Below, one piece after another: positions 9,664-19,600 of a stretch of 64,000 nt of DNA (its first letter is position 1; each line of letters starts with the position of its first letter). A program made the translations under genes and the position numbers. The DNA lies in NCBI GenBank assembly GCA_041690355.1, contig JAWLHK010000003.1:109428-173427 (forward strand), in the 5' to 3' direction. The notes beneath the pieces are model-generated. The model did no database searches. It saw only the letters and a program-made list of their open reading frames with translations, and was not told the DNA's origin. The stretch is from a bacterium. Lineage in GTDB: Bacteria > J088 > JAWLBW01.

Positions 9664-10161
9664 CTACTCCCACGTATAGCGGACGAGCACTTGAAGGATA
9701 CCCGTCAGGTCGAAGAGGTTCAGGCGGTAGTCTCCGGTCCGGTATTCCTCCCACGCGAAGCCGTAGCCAAGGGCATTCCCGAGCGTCCACCGCCCGGCGA
9801 AGCGCCAGGCGAGTCCGTACGAAAGCGTGAGTTCGTGAATGCGCTCACGATTCGAAAAGACCTCGCCCTGATACTCGGGGCGCACGAACATGAACCAGTC
9901 TCCCGTCCCCAGATCGCGCTGGTAGGCCAGGAGAAAACCGGGCGCATGCGGCAGAAGCGTGCCCGTACGGTCGATGCGCCCGCGCATCCCGAGCGAAACC
10001 ACGTTCAGCCCCTTGCGGTAGTCTCCGGTCGCCGAAAGATGCGTCCCCGAACCGGTCACGACCGGGGCGATCGTGAGCGACCAGGCCGCGTCGGCCAGAG
10101 CGGTACCGGGTGTCGCGCAGAGAAACACGGCGGCCAGGACGCCGAGAACGGCGCCCGGCAT
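9664..10161 (-). CDS. Hypothetical small outer-membrane beta-barrel-like protein
   Basis: ATG 10161. Signal peptide ending ALA-DA, then an alternating hydrophobic/aromatic strand pattern. Lies 3 nt upstream of the GDPD gene. No family recognised. Confidence 0.45.
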   Translation of the reverse strand: MPGAVLGVLAAVFLCATPGTALADAAWSLTIAPVVTGSGTHLSATGDYRKGLNVVSLGMRGRIDRTGTLLPHAPGFLLAYQRDLGTGDWFMFVRPEYQGEVFSNRERIHELTLSYGLAWRFAGRWTLGNALGYGFAWEEYRTGDYRLNLFDLTGILQVLVRYTWE

Positions 10162-10256
10162 GGGCCCTCGCCGCCGGACGGCACGAGCCGCGTTGCAGGG
10201 TACGCGCGCAGCCACTCCGTGCACGATAGCACGGCGGCCGCGCGTCCAGAAGGCCG

Positions 10257-10982
10257 TCAGCCCCCCAGCAGGGTCTCGACGAGGGCGGGCACGACTTCGG
10301 ATGCGGGGCCGTAGCGCCCCTCCGTGAAGGTGTCCGCGTTGCGCGACGGCTCCAGGTTCAGCTCGGCCGTGAGGGCGCCCACGGCCCGGGCGGCGTCGAC
10401 GAAACCAGCCGCCGGATACACGTTTCCCGAGGTGCCGATGGAGAGAAACAGGCGGGCCCGTCCCAGGGCCGCATAAATCCGATCCATCTCGAGCGGCATC
10501 TCGCCGAACCAGACGACGTGCGGCCGCAGCGTACCCGTCCGGCCGCAGCATGAGCAGCGGGAGTCCGCAGTGACCTCGTCGTCGCGGTCGAACACCTGGG
10601 CCGATATCTCGCAGCGGACTTTGCGGAGTTCGCCGTGCATGTGGATCAGACGGCGGCTCCCCGCCCGCTCGTGCAGATCATCGACGTTCTGCGTGACGAG
10701 CAGGTACTCTCCCTCCCAGGCCTGCTCGAGCCTGGCGAGCGCCGCGTGGGCTGCGTTCGGCCGAATCGCGGCATCAGTCACCAGGGCGCGGCGGCGCTCA
10801 TTGTAGAAGCGCTGAACGAGTGCGGGATTGCGGCGGAAGGCTTCCGGAGAAGCGACGTCTTCGACCCGCACCCCTTCCCACAGCCCCCCCGCCCCGCGAA
10901 ACGTCTGGATCCCCGATTCCGCCGAGATCCCGGCGCCGGTCAGGATGACGATCGATGCGTCACGCCGCAGCTTCGCGAGCAT
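10257..10982 (-). CDS. cobB: NAD-dependent protein deacylase (Sir2 family)
   Basis: ATG 10982 (MLAKLRR). '[19 protein letters not shown]', '[12 protein letters not shown]', and Zn ribbon 'C..C...CSCCG'. Confidence 0.85.
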   Translation of the reverse strand: MLAKLRRDASIVILTGAGISAESGIQTFRGAGGLWEGVRVEDVASPEAFRRNPALVQRFYNERRRALVTDAAIRPNAAHAALARLEQAWEGEYLLVTQNVDDLHERAGSRRLIHMHGELRKVRCEISAQVFDRDDEVTADSRCSCCGRTGTLRPHVVWFGEMPLEMDRIYAALGRARLFLSIGTSGNVYPAAGFVDAARAVGALTAELNLEPSRNADTFTEGRYGPASEVVPALVETLLGG

Positions 10983-10992
10983 GCGTCGCCCG

Positions 10993-11763
10993 TCAGGAAA
11001 ACTTCGAGAAATCGGGGGCCCGCTTCTCCATGAACGCGCCGAGCGCCTCCATGGCTTCGGGTCCGCGCAGAAGGCCGGCGAACTCCCGGAACTCGGCCTG
11101 CATGACGCGGGTAAGCTCGTCGCGGTTGGCCGCCTTGAGCAGCCGCTTCGAAATCCGCACGGCCCCGGGCGCCTTGGCCGCCAGCACCGAGGCGCGCTCG
11201 ATTGCACGCTGCTCGGCCTGCCCCGCGGCGACGACCTCGTTGACGATACCCACTTCGCGCGCCACCTCGGGGGTGAACGGCTCGCCGAAGAGCAGCAGCT
11301 CGGCGGCCTTGGCGTGCCCCATCATGCGCGGGAGCAGCAGGCTCGATCCGGCTTCGGGACAGAGGGCCAGGTTCACGAACGGCATCTGCAAGCGGGTCCC
11401 CGCGCCGGCATAGACGAGATCGCAGTGCAGCAGCATCGTCGTGCCTACGCCGATGGCGATGCCGTCGACCGCGGCGAGCAGCGGCTTCTCGAAATTCACG
11501 AGCGCGTCGAGAAAGCGGGCCACGGGGCTTTTCTCGTCGGACGGAGGATTCTGAATGAAATCGCTGATGTCGTTGCCGCTCGTGAAGCAGCCAGGGACGC
11601 CGGCCAGCACGACCGCCCGTATCTGCTCGTCGGCATCGGCGCCACGCAGGGCGGCGTCCAGGTCGGCATACATGGCCAGGGTCAGGGCGTTCTTCTTCTC
11701 GGGCCGGTGCATGCGCACCACGAGCACACGCCCATGGCGTTCGGTCTGAATCAGCTCACTCAT
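10993..11763 (-). CDS. Enoyl-CoA hydratase/isomerase-family protein
   Basis: ATG 11763 with GAGGAG 7 nt upstream. '[48 protein letters not shown]' crotonase motifs. Confidence 0.85.
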   Translation of the reverse strand: MSELIQTERHGRVLVVRMHRPEKKNALTLAMYADLDAALRGADADEQIRAVVLAGVPGCFTSGNDISDFIQNPPSDEKSPVARFLDALVNFEKPLLAAVDGIAIGVGTTMLLHCDLVYAGAGTRLQMPFVNLALCPEAGSSLLLPRMMGHAKAAELLLFGEPFTPEVAREVGIVNEVVAAGQAEQRAIERASVLAAKAPGAVRISKRLLKAANRDELTRVMQAEFREFAGLLRGPEAMEALGAFMEKRAPDFSKFS

Positions 11764-11875
11764 GCGGTCACTCCTCAAAGGAATACATTATGGCCGACGC
11801 GCCGGACAATCCCAAATACGGCGGAACGGACCGAAACCGAACGGTGCGCTGCGGTGCGGAGAAATCCCGAACATT

Positions 11876-11907
11876 GCGCCCTCTCCGCGGGAGAACGGAG
11901 AGGGCGC
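11876..11907. other. Perfect 12-bp-stem hairpin (GCGCCCTCTCCG-N8-CGGAGAGGGCGC)
   Basis: Inverted repeat read directly, in the middle of a 533-nt divergent intergenic region. No U-tract on either strand. Confidence 0.6.
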
Positions 11908-12296
11908 CCGAACAGGTCAACCAGAACAGGAGTACGGCTCCTGGTGTGCGTGCGGGGTCTGCTCGCGAAGAACCGTTCCAAAACCGTCTCGACGGCGGTC
12001 TCGCCCTTCCCTCCGGCTCGTTCCCAAGCTGAGATCATTCTTGCGCATCGCGAAACACCTGTCGGCCATGAGGCGCTTGCCGCCGAGCCCGCGCCATCCG
12101 ACACGTTACGACGTGTCGCGACCCTGAACGGGCGGGCTTGAACGCACGACTCGGATCCGCAGGGCATATTGTCCCGGGCTCGCCCGCCGGCCGCTCGTCC
12201 GCGCTGCGCCGTGGGTGCGGCCCCCGGGGCTCGTGCGCTGCGTCGGCGCCTCCTATCCTTCCAGAAGAACCGCTGCGAACCCGAGGAGTGCGTTCA

Positions 12297-12821
12297 ATGG
12301 AACCGGTCGAAATCATGCGTCATTTCTTCGAGGATGTCTGGAACAAGGGTGACATGACTGCCGCAGACGACTGCTTCGCGGGCCCGCATGTCACGCACGA
12401 CCCCGATCACGCCTGGGTCACGCGTGGCGCCGAGGGAATGAAGCGTCTCGTTTCTCTGTACCGCGCCGCCTTTCCCGATCTGCGGATCAGTGTCGAAGAC
12501 TGCCTCGAAGCAGGCGATCGGGTCGTGACCCGCTGGGTGCTGCGCGGGAAAAATACCGAGCGCTGGTTCGGCCACGCGCCCACGGGGCGCGCCGTCGAGG
12601 TTTCAGGCATTCAGATCGACCGCTTCGAAGACGGCAAATCGACCGAGACGTGGATGCAGTGGGATATGCTGGGCATGCTCATCGGCCTCGGGCACGCTTC
12701 GGAAAGCCTGCGCGAGCAGGGGAGCGAAGAAGCCGACATTTCCTTCGGCGCGACGCACAAGATGTGGTGGCAGCGCGACGAACAGGGACGCGACGAACCG
12801 CATCCCGGCCCCGAAGAATGA
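12297..12821 (+). CDS. SnoaL-like/ester-cyclase-family protein
   Basis: ATG 12297 with GAGGAG 8 nt upstream. 'MRHFFEDVWNKGDM..ADDCFA..HVTHDP' and 'W.LRGKNTERWFGHAPTGRAVEVSGIQIDRFEDGKSTETW'. Confidence 0.7.
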   Translation: MEPVEIMRHFFEDVWNKGDMTAADDCFAGPHVTHDPDHAWVTRGAEGMKRLVSLYRAAFPDLRISVEDCLEAGDRVVTRWVLRGKNTERWFGHAPTGRAVEVSGIQIDRFEDGKSTETWMQWDMLGMLIGLGHASESLREQGSEEADISFGATHKMWWQRDEQGRDEPHPGPEE

Positions 12822-12980
12822 CCTTCGCGGGCACAGCCACGGGACGTATCCGCGCGCCGGGCCTTGTTTGCAGACGGGGGTGACGACCGGGAGTGGCGTG
12901 TCGAGAGCGAACCGCGGCAGGGCGCGACCTTACTCGTCGACCTTCCCCCGACACGCCGAACACCGCGGCCCGCCGGATTG

Positions 12981-13610
12981 TTACCTTCCGACGTGCACGA
13001 CTTCGGTATGGCCCTGGCGCAACTGAAATTCGGCAACCGGCGTCCAATTGGCGTCCTCGTCGGCCAGCCGGTCCGGCAACCATGAAATACGATAGCTGCC
13101 TTCGCCCAGTGCAAGGCGGGCCGTTTCAGCCGGGCGCAGCCTGCGGGTCACCACGATTCTTTCTACACCCGGCCCGAACTGGCGGATGCGGACGCGCCCG
13201 GAATCCCGAAGGGCGGTACCCTCCAGCACAAGCGAGCCGAACCCGAGCCGGACGCCGGTGAGCTCCCCTTCCCGCACGGTGGCCTCGGTCTCGAGAAAGC
13301 TGTCGCCCGTACCCTGGGCGCGAACGCGATAGGCGCCCGGCGGCAGTACGACGAGCACGCCGTCGGTCGCAGCCGGCGCCCAGACGGCCGTCACCGGTCT
13401 CGCATATCCCGTTTCGGGCGCGGCGGCAGGAAAGATGGAGACGCGGCTCTGCACCGGCCGGTTTTCGGCATCGGAGACCGCGACCCGCATCCCCGTGACC
13501 GGAGCCGTCGGCGTAGCGCCGCAACCGCGCGTACACCCGCCTGCGAGCAGCGCCAGACTGAGCGCCGCCGCCCGAACCGCCGTTTTCCGGAACACTGCCG
13601 CCCTGCGCAT
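12981..13610 (-). CDS. Hypothetical lipoprotein (beta-sandwich, carboxypeptidase-regulatory-like pattern)
   Basis: 209 aa with 'ALSLALLAGGC' lipobox. Starts 5 nt after the stop of the giant gene. GC3-rich frame verified codon by codon. Confidence 0.55.
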   Translation of the reverse strand: MRRAAVFRKTAVRAAALSLALLAGGCTRGCGATPTAPVTGMRVAVSDAENRPVQSRVSIFPAAAPETGYARPVTAVWAPAATDGVLVVLPPGAYRVRAQGTGDSFLETEATVREGELTGVRLGFGSLVLEGTALRDSGRVRIRQFGPGVERIVVTRRLRPAETARLALGEGSYRISWLPDRLADEDANWTPVAEFQLRQGHTEVVHVGR

Positions 13611-13615
13611 ACGGT

Positions 13616-16600
13616 TCAGTCCTTCTGTACGATGACCGACATCGACGGCGGCGTGAAGGTGCCGTTGAGGCCGTCGCTGTCGCAGACGCCGTTGGCGGCG
13701 CCGTTGTCATAGGATTCGGTGCTCAGTGTACAACCCACCGTGGCGTAAAGATAGCCGTTCAGATCCTTGGCGATCGCGGCGCTCGACAGGAACTGAAAGG
13801 CACGGCACTGACCGCCCAGGGCGCCGGTGTCGCCGGAGTGGTTTGAACAACCGGCCGTCGCGATGCGTCCGACTTCAGTGAAATCGGCCGGGGCGCCGGG
13901 CACGACCGCCGTCCGGTAAATGCGCGCACCATCCTGCATGTTGTCGAACCCGACGTACAGGTAGCCCTGGTTGACCTCGAGCAGCGACACGGCGATGTTG
14001 CGCATGGATTCGAGCCCGGCGTCGGATCCGGCGGCGCTCGTCGTAAACACCCGCGACCAGGAGGCTCCCTGCGTGCACGCGCTCGAGCACTTCCACAGCT
14101 CGCCACCGGCGCTCGTCGACGTCGCGCCCGCCGTACCGACGTTGCGCACGAGAAACAGGGTGTTCTGCCACACGAACATGCGCGGATGCCCCTTGCGCCC
14201 CGGGCTGATCTTATCGAGGCTGTCGATGACCAGCGTCGTGTCGTCGGCGGTGGAGGCCGACACCGCACCGAAGCCCGCCTGCGAGAGCACGATTCCGAAA
14301 CTCGCCGCCGCCGCAGGTTCACCGTTGGAGAAGGCGAGCCCGCCGTTATTGGCGATGAAAAAGGCATCGGCCGCGACCAGCCCGCTTGCGGCCGGGACGT
14401 ACAGCATGCTGTCGATGCCGACCATGCCGGTCGTGTTGCGCTCGGGGTTGGAGATCGTGCCGCTCTTACCGAGATAGTCGATATCGCGGGCAATCAGCTC
14501 TGTCCCCGCGCCGCACGAGACCACGCCACCAGCGGCGCCGAGCGGAATCTTGGACAGGTACGGCGCCTGGGTTCCGTGGGCAGACGAGATACCCACGTAA
14601 AGATTCGCGCCGTAGGCATACACCGTCTGCGCGCTCGTGGTGTTCTGACCGCCCGTCAGGCCCCCGATGGCGCAGGCGCTCCAGTTGAGCTGGGTGTCGA
14701 CGTCCTGCGTGAAGTAGACATGGCTGACGTTATCCTTGATCGGACCGACCATGAGGATCTCATATTCGGTTCCGCCGATGTTCGGAAGGCCCGAGTTGAA
14801 ACCGACGAGACCGGTTTCCTGGTTCGGCCCCCAGGCGGTGGCGCAGCTGAGCGCCCCATCGATGCCGAACGAGGGCGCATAGGGGCACGTCGCCGGCGCG
14901 GCGGGGCCCATGAAGGTCACGCCAACCGGATTGGCCCCATCGGCCTCGAAGCGGAATGCGCCGTTGTTCACCCTGTTGGGACCGAGGTACACGCGGTTCG
15001 CGTACGTGAAGGCGAAATTGTTCGTCGTGTTGTCGGCGAAGGGATCGACGAACAGCGGCCCGTCTTCGAGGTTCGAGATCAGGCTTCCACGACCGCGGAA
15101 ACTTGCCTGGTTCTCCGGCACGCCACGCAGGCGGTTGCCCGCGACGTCGAGCGGAATGCCGGCCACAGCGTTCGAGGCATAGACGGTCACGCGGTAGAAC
15201 ACGCCCGCCTGCGCCGCCGCATGCGTGAGTAGATAGACCGACGGATTCGCCGTCTTCTCGACCGATACGATGTCGCCCAGTGAGGGTGAAATCGAGTACT
15301 TGAGCTGCGTTCCGGCCAGGGCATCGACGTCTGCCGTGCACTGGCGCGCCGCGGTGAAGCCGGAGAGACACTCGGCGCTGCCATCGACGTCGCCCTGACG
15401 CATCGGTTCGCTGAACGTCAGCCGCACCGTCGTCGGAGAGATCGAAACCGCCTCGAGCAGACGCGGCTGGGTGGTATCGACCGCCGCCGTTCCGAGCGTC
15501 GTGGTGAACGCAGGCGCTCCAACCGGTTCGTTCTCATCCTGATCGCGAACGTTGGAAACCGTGATGCGGTAGTAGGTCGAAGGCACGGTGTCGGCGCCGC
15601 ACTGGGCCGCGGTCTCCAGGTCGTAGACGTTGGTCGCCACCTGGGCGATCGTGACGGGCGCGGGCGAGAGGTTCACGCAGCCGGTCGCAGGATCTTCGGC
15701 AATCGCGTAATTCGCAGGGGCCATGGCCATCGACGGCTGCACCGGCTCGGAGTAGACGACCCGCAGGTAATAGCGGCCCCCGGTGTGAAAGGAGCTGGAG
15801 GCAAGCAGATACGGGGCCGTGGCGTTGACGATGACCTGCATCTCGGCCGCGGCCATGGCGTTTCCGGCGGCATCGAAGATGCGGTTGCCGGCCGAAACCT
15901 GGATGGCGTCGAAGTTCATGTCCTGCACGAGCAGCTGTGAGTCGGTGCGCAGCTCGACGAGCCCGTCGGTCGCCGCGCAGTCATCGGTCCCCAGGAGCAA
16001 AATGGCAGTGGCGCCGCCCGAGGCGTTGTCGTGATAGACGAAATCGCCCGGTACCAGTTCACCCCCGGCGCCGCAGGCCGGTTCTCCCGTAGCGCCCCAG
16101 ACGGGTTCGGAGAACAGGACGAAGATCCGGTCGTTGTCGACACGGCTGCTGGCCCGCACCATGACCGGCGGCGCCATGTCGCCCTCGACGACGTCGGAGC
16201 CGTTCAGACGGCTGCGTGAAGCGTCCATGCATCCGGCGCCCTGATTATCGGCGTTCAGATAGCAACCGGAGAGATCGCGCAGGCCGACCTGCCCGGCCGT
16301 CGCGGTGAGGTCGGGGCGGTTGCCCGTATCGTAGTAAAGCCCCTCGCCGAACGCGAGCCAGAGAACCTGGTCATTCTCGCCGCCGAGGCCGTCGACGGTA
16401 TCGAGCGTATCGAGGCGCACGTTCGCGTACCCGGCAATCTGCCAGAGCGTGGTCACGCCGTTGAGCTGATCGTCGCCGAGGTAGCCGGGGAAGCTCGCAT
16501 CGTCGACCGGCTTGTCGAACTGAACCCGCACATGGTCGAGAAGTCCGTTGCCGTCGATGTCGTAATAGTCTGCGCTTACGACGACCGGGCCGATGGGCCC

Positions 16601-19600
16601 GCTGTGGAACGTTCCGGTGATGGTCGCCGGCACGGGCACGTCAGCCGGCGCCGCCGCAGCATTGCCGCCCGGATCGAGGATGTCGACGCCGACGAGCTGA
16701 ATCGGATCGCCGACGGCCACCGTGTGGCTGCCCGTCTCGAAGGTGATGATGAGTCGATCGTTGGGAGAATCGACGGTACTCCACGTGACCGCGCGGATCT
16801 CTGCGCTGCCGCCGAAGACATGGCCGTTTCCAAGCTGAAAGACCGTGTTCAGATCGATGCCCGCCAGGTCGGGGGCGAGGGTGCCTTCGGAGAAGCGGAT
16901 GCGCAGCGTATCGCCTGCTCCCGCGCCCGGCTCACCCGCGACGTCGTCGTCTTCGGTCGCCGCGGCGGCATGCACGAAGGGGCCGGCCGCGTCGGATTCT
17001 GCGATGTCGAGCGCCCCGGCGTTGCCCGAGTCGCCGTACAGGCGAACCCCGCCCGTATCGGTGAGCAGGGCGGCCGAGGCGGTCAGCTCGGGCGTCTCGC
17101 CGGTATCGGGCGTCGTGGACGGATCGAACGCCAGATAAAGCACCGCGTCATCGGCCGTATCGAGGCCGCATGCCGAGGGAACGGCGGTTCCGTGAAGGAT
17201 GCGCGCGTTGAGGTGCCCGGCCACGAACCAGCGCGCCGTTACGGCCCCGCGCCCGTTCAGAACATAGCCGTCGAAGCTCGCGTCGAGGGCGGTGCGCGTG
17301 AGGGTCAGCCGGTAGACGTCGACATGGCCGTCGACCGGATCGCAGTCGAGCGTATCGGCTGCCAGCAGGCTGAAGTCGTCGGTGACCGAGAAAGCTACCG
17401 CATTGGAGGCAAGCCCCTGCCGCGTGACGACAACGTCGTGCGAACCGGGCGCAAGAGCGGTCGGAATCGTGATGACGACGGCCGAGTCGCTCCAGCCGAG
17501 CACCGTCGCGGGTAGACCGCCGACGGTGACCGAAGACGTTCCCTGGGTCGCGCCGAACTCGCTTCCGCTGACGGTCACAATGACCGCGACAGGACCGGAA
17601 CCGCGGCTGAGGGAAGCGATGAAGGGGGGCGGCACCGTATCGACGGTCATCGTGACGGCGTTGCTGAGGAGCCCGCCCGCCAGAACGGCGACGCTGTAGG
17701 TGCCGTTGGCGACCGTGGGCACGATGAAGCCAACCGACGTCGCGCTCCAGGTCGCGACCGTCGCCGGAAGCCCGGCGAAGAGCAGCTCCGACACTCCCTG
17801 CGCGGCTCCGAAGTTGGACCCGGCCAGCGTGACGATCGTTCCGCTTCCCGAGACGACCGGCGCCACGCCGTCGGCGTGCGGCTCGGCCGTGAACGTCCGG
17901 GCATTGCTCGTGCGGCCGCCCGACGAGAGGGCGACCTGCACGGCGCCCGGAGAAACGGTTGGCAGCAGCTCGACCGTGGCCGACGTCGACGTCCACGAAG
18001 TGGGCGTATGGGCAACACCGCCAAGCGTGACGGAACCGCCGGCGCCGAAGTTCGTGCCGCTCAGCGAGATGACCGTCGCGGCCGTGCCGCTCGACGGCGA
18101 GAGTGAGGCCAGGAACGGTTCGACCGCGAACGAAACGGCGGCGCTGGCCTGACCGCCGACGGTCACGACGATATCGTACACCCCCGCGGCCAAGCCCGAC
18201 GGAACCTGGAAGGTGATTTCGTCGTGCGTCCACGAAGTTGCGCCGAGCGCGGTTGCACCCAGCGTGAGGGAACCCGCCGAGGCGCCGAAGTTCGTTCCGG
18301 TCAGGGTCACGAGAGTGCCGGCCGAGCCGGTCACCGGGCTGTGCGAGACGACGACCGGGCTGACCGTAAACGACAGGGCATTGCTGGCTACGCCGGCAAT
18401 GACCGCCTGCACGGCATGGACGCCGCCCGGAGTCGTGACCGGCACGTCGAACTGCAGCAGCGTGCTCGACCAGAGGTCGGCCGCCACCGGAGTGCCGCCG
18501 ATCGTGAGAAAGCCGGCATCCTGCACGGCGCCGAAGTTGGTTCCGCTCACCGACACAGTCGTCGCCGCGCTGCCGCTCGTGGGGGTGAGGGCGTTCAGGG
18601 CCGGCGTGACGGCGAGGGACAGGGCGTTGCTCGTCCGGCCGCCCACGACGACTGATATCGCGTGCGTTCCCGCCGTCACGGAATCGGGGACGGTGAACTG
18701 AATCGCGGTCGCACTCCAGGCATCCGGCGCAATTTCGAAGCCGCCCATCACGAGCCGGCTGGCTCCCGGCGTGTCGCCCAGATTCGAGCCGGCGAGGGTA
18801 ACCACGGTTCCGCCGCTGCCGGTCGACGGCGCCGCCGAGACGAGCGACGGATCGATCGTGAACGGTACGGCGTTGCTGGCCTGTCCACCGACGAGAAGGG
18901 AAATCGTCGTCGCCCCCGCGGTCACCGCATCGGGGAGCGTGAAGTCGATGGACGTGTGATCCCACGCGTCTGCCGCGACGGCGACGCCGTTGACGTGCAG
19001 GGAGCTGGCCCCCTGCGCGGCACCGAAATTGACACCCGTGAGCGTCACGCTCGCGCCGCCGGTGCCCGTTGCGGGACTGACGGCGTCGATGCGGGGCTGC
19101 ACCGTGAAGGCGACCGGAGACGAGGCAATGGCGCCGACGGTGACGACGACCGGATGGGCGCCGGCGGCCAGCGTGGCCGGCACGGTGAATTCGATGGCCG
19201 AGGCCGACCACGAATCCGGGATGACTGCGACTCCCCCCACCGTGACGGTGCTGCTCCCTTCGACGGCACCGAAATTGGTGCCCGTGAGGGTCACCGTCGT
19301 GCCGGCCGAACCGAAGGCGGGGGCCAGAGAGACAACCGTCGGGCGCACGGCGATCGTGATCGGATCGGTGGCCTGGCCGCCGACGATAAGACGCACGTCA
19401 TGGATGCCGCCCGTGAGACTTGCGTCGACAGTGAACGTGACCGCCGTATCGAACCATTGATCGACCGTCGCCGCGGTTCCCGAGAGCGTGAGCGAACCGC
19501 TGCTGCCGAAGCTGGAGCCCGAGGCCGTTACCGTATCGCCGCCGGTCGCCACACGCGGATTCACCGTCGCCAGAACCGGCGACAGCGTGAAGAAGACGGC

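Noticed and set aside
13616-14200. Looked for a C-terminal sorting signal on the giant protein (T9SS CTD, PEP-CTERM, LPXTG, RTX nonapeptides / T1SS signal, autotransporter barrel).
   Set aside because: The C-terminus (..NGTFTPPSMSVIVQKD) has no hydrophobic or charged tail, no GGxGxD repeats and no barrel-like terminal Phe/Trp. None could be supported by eye.
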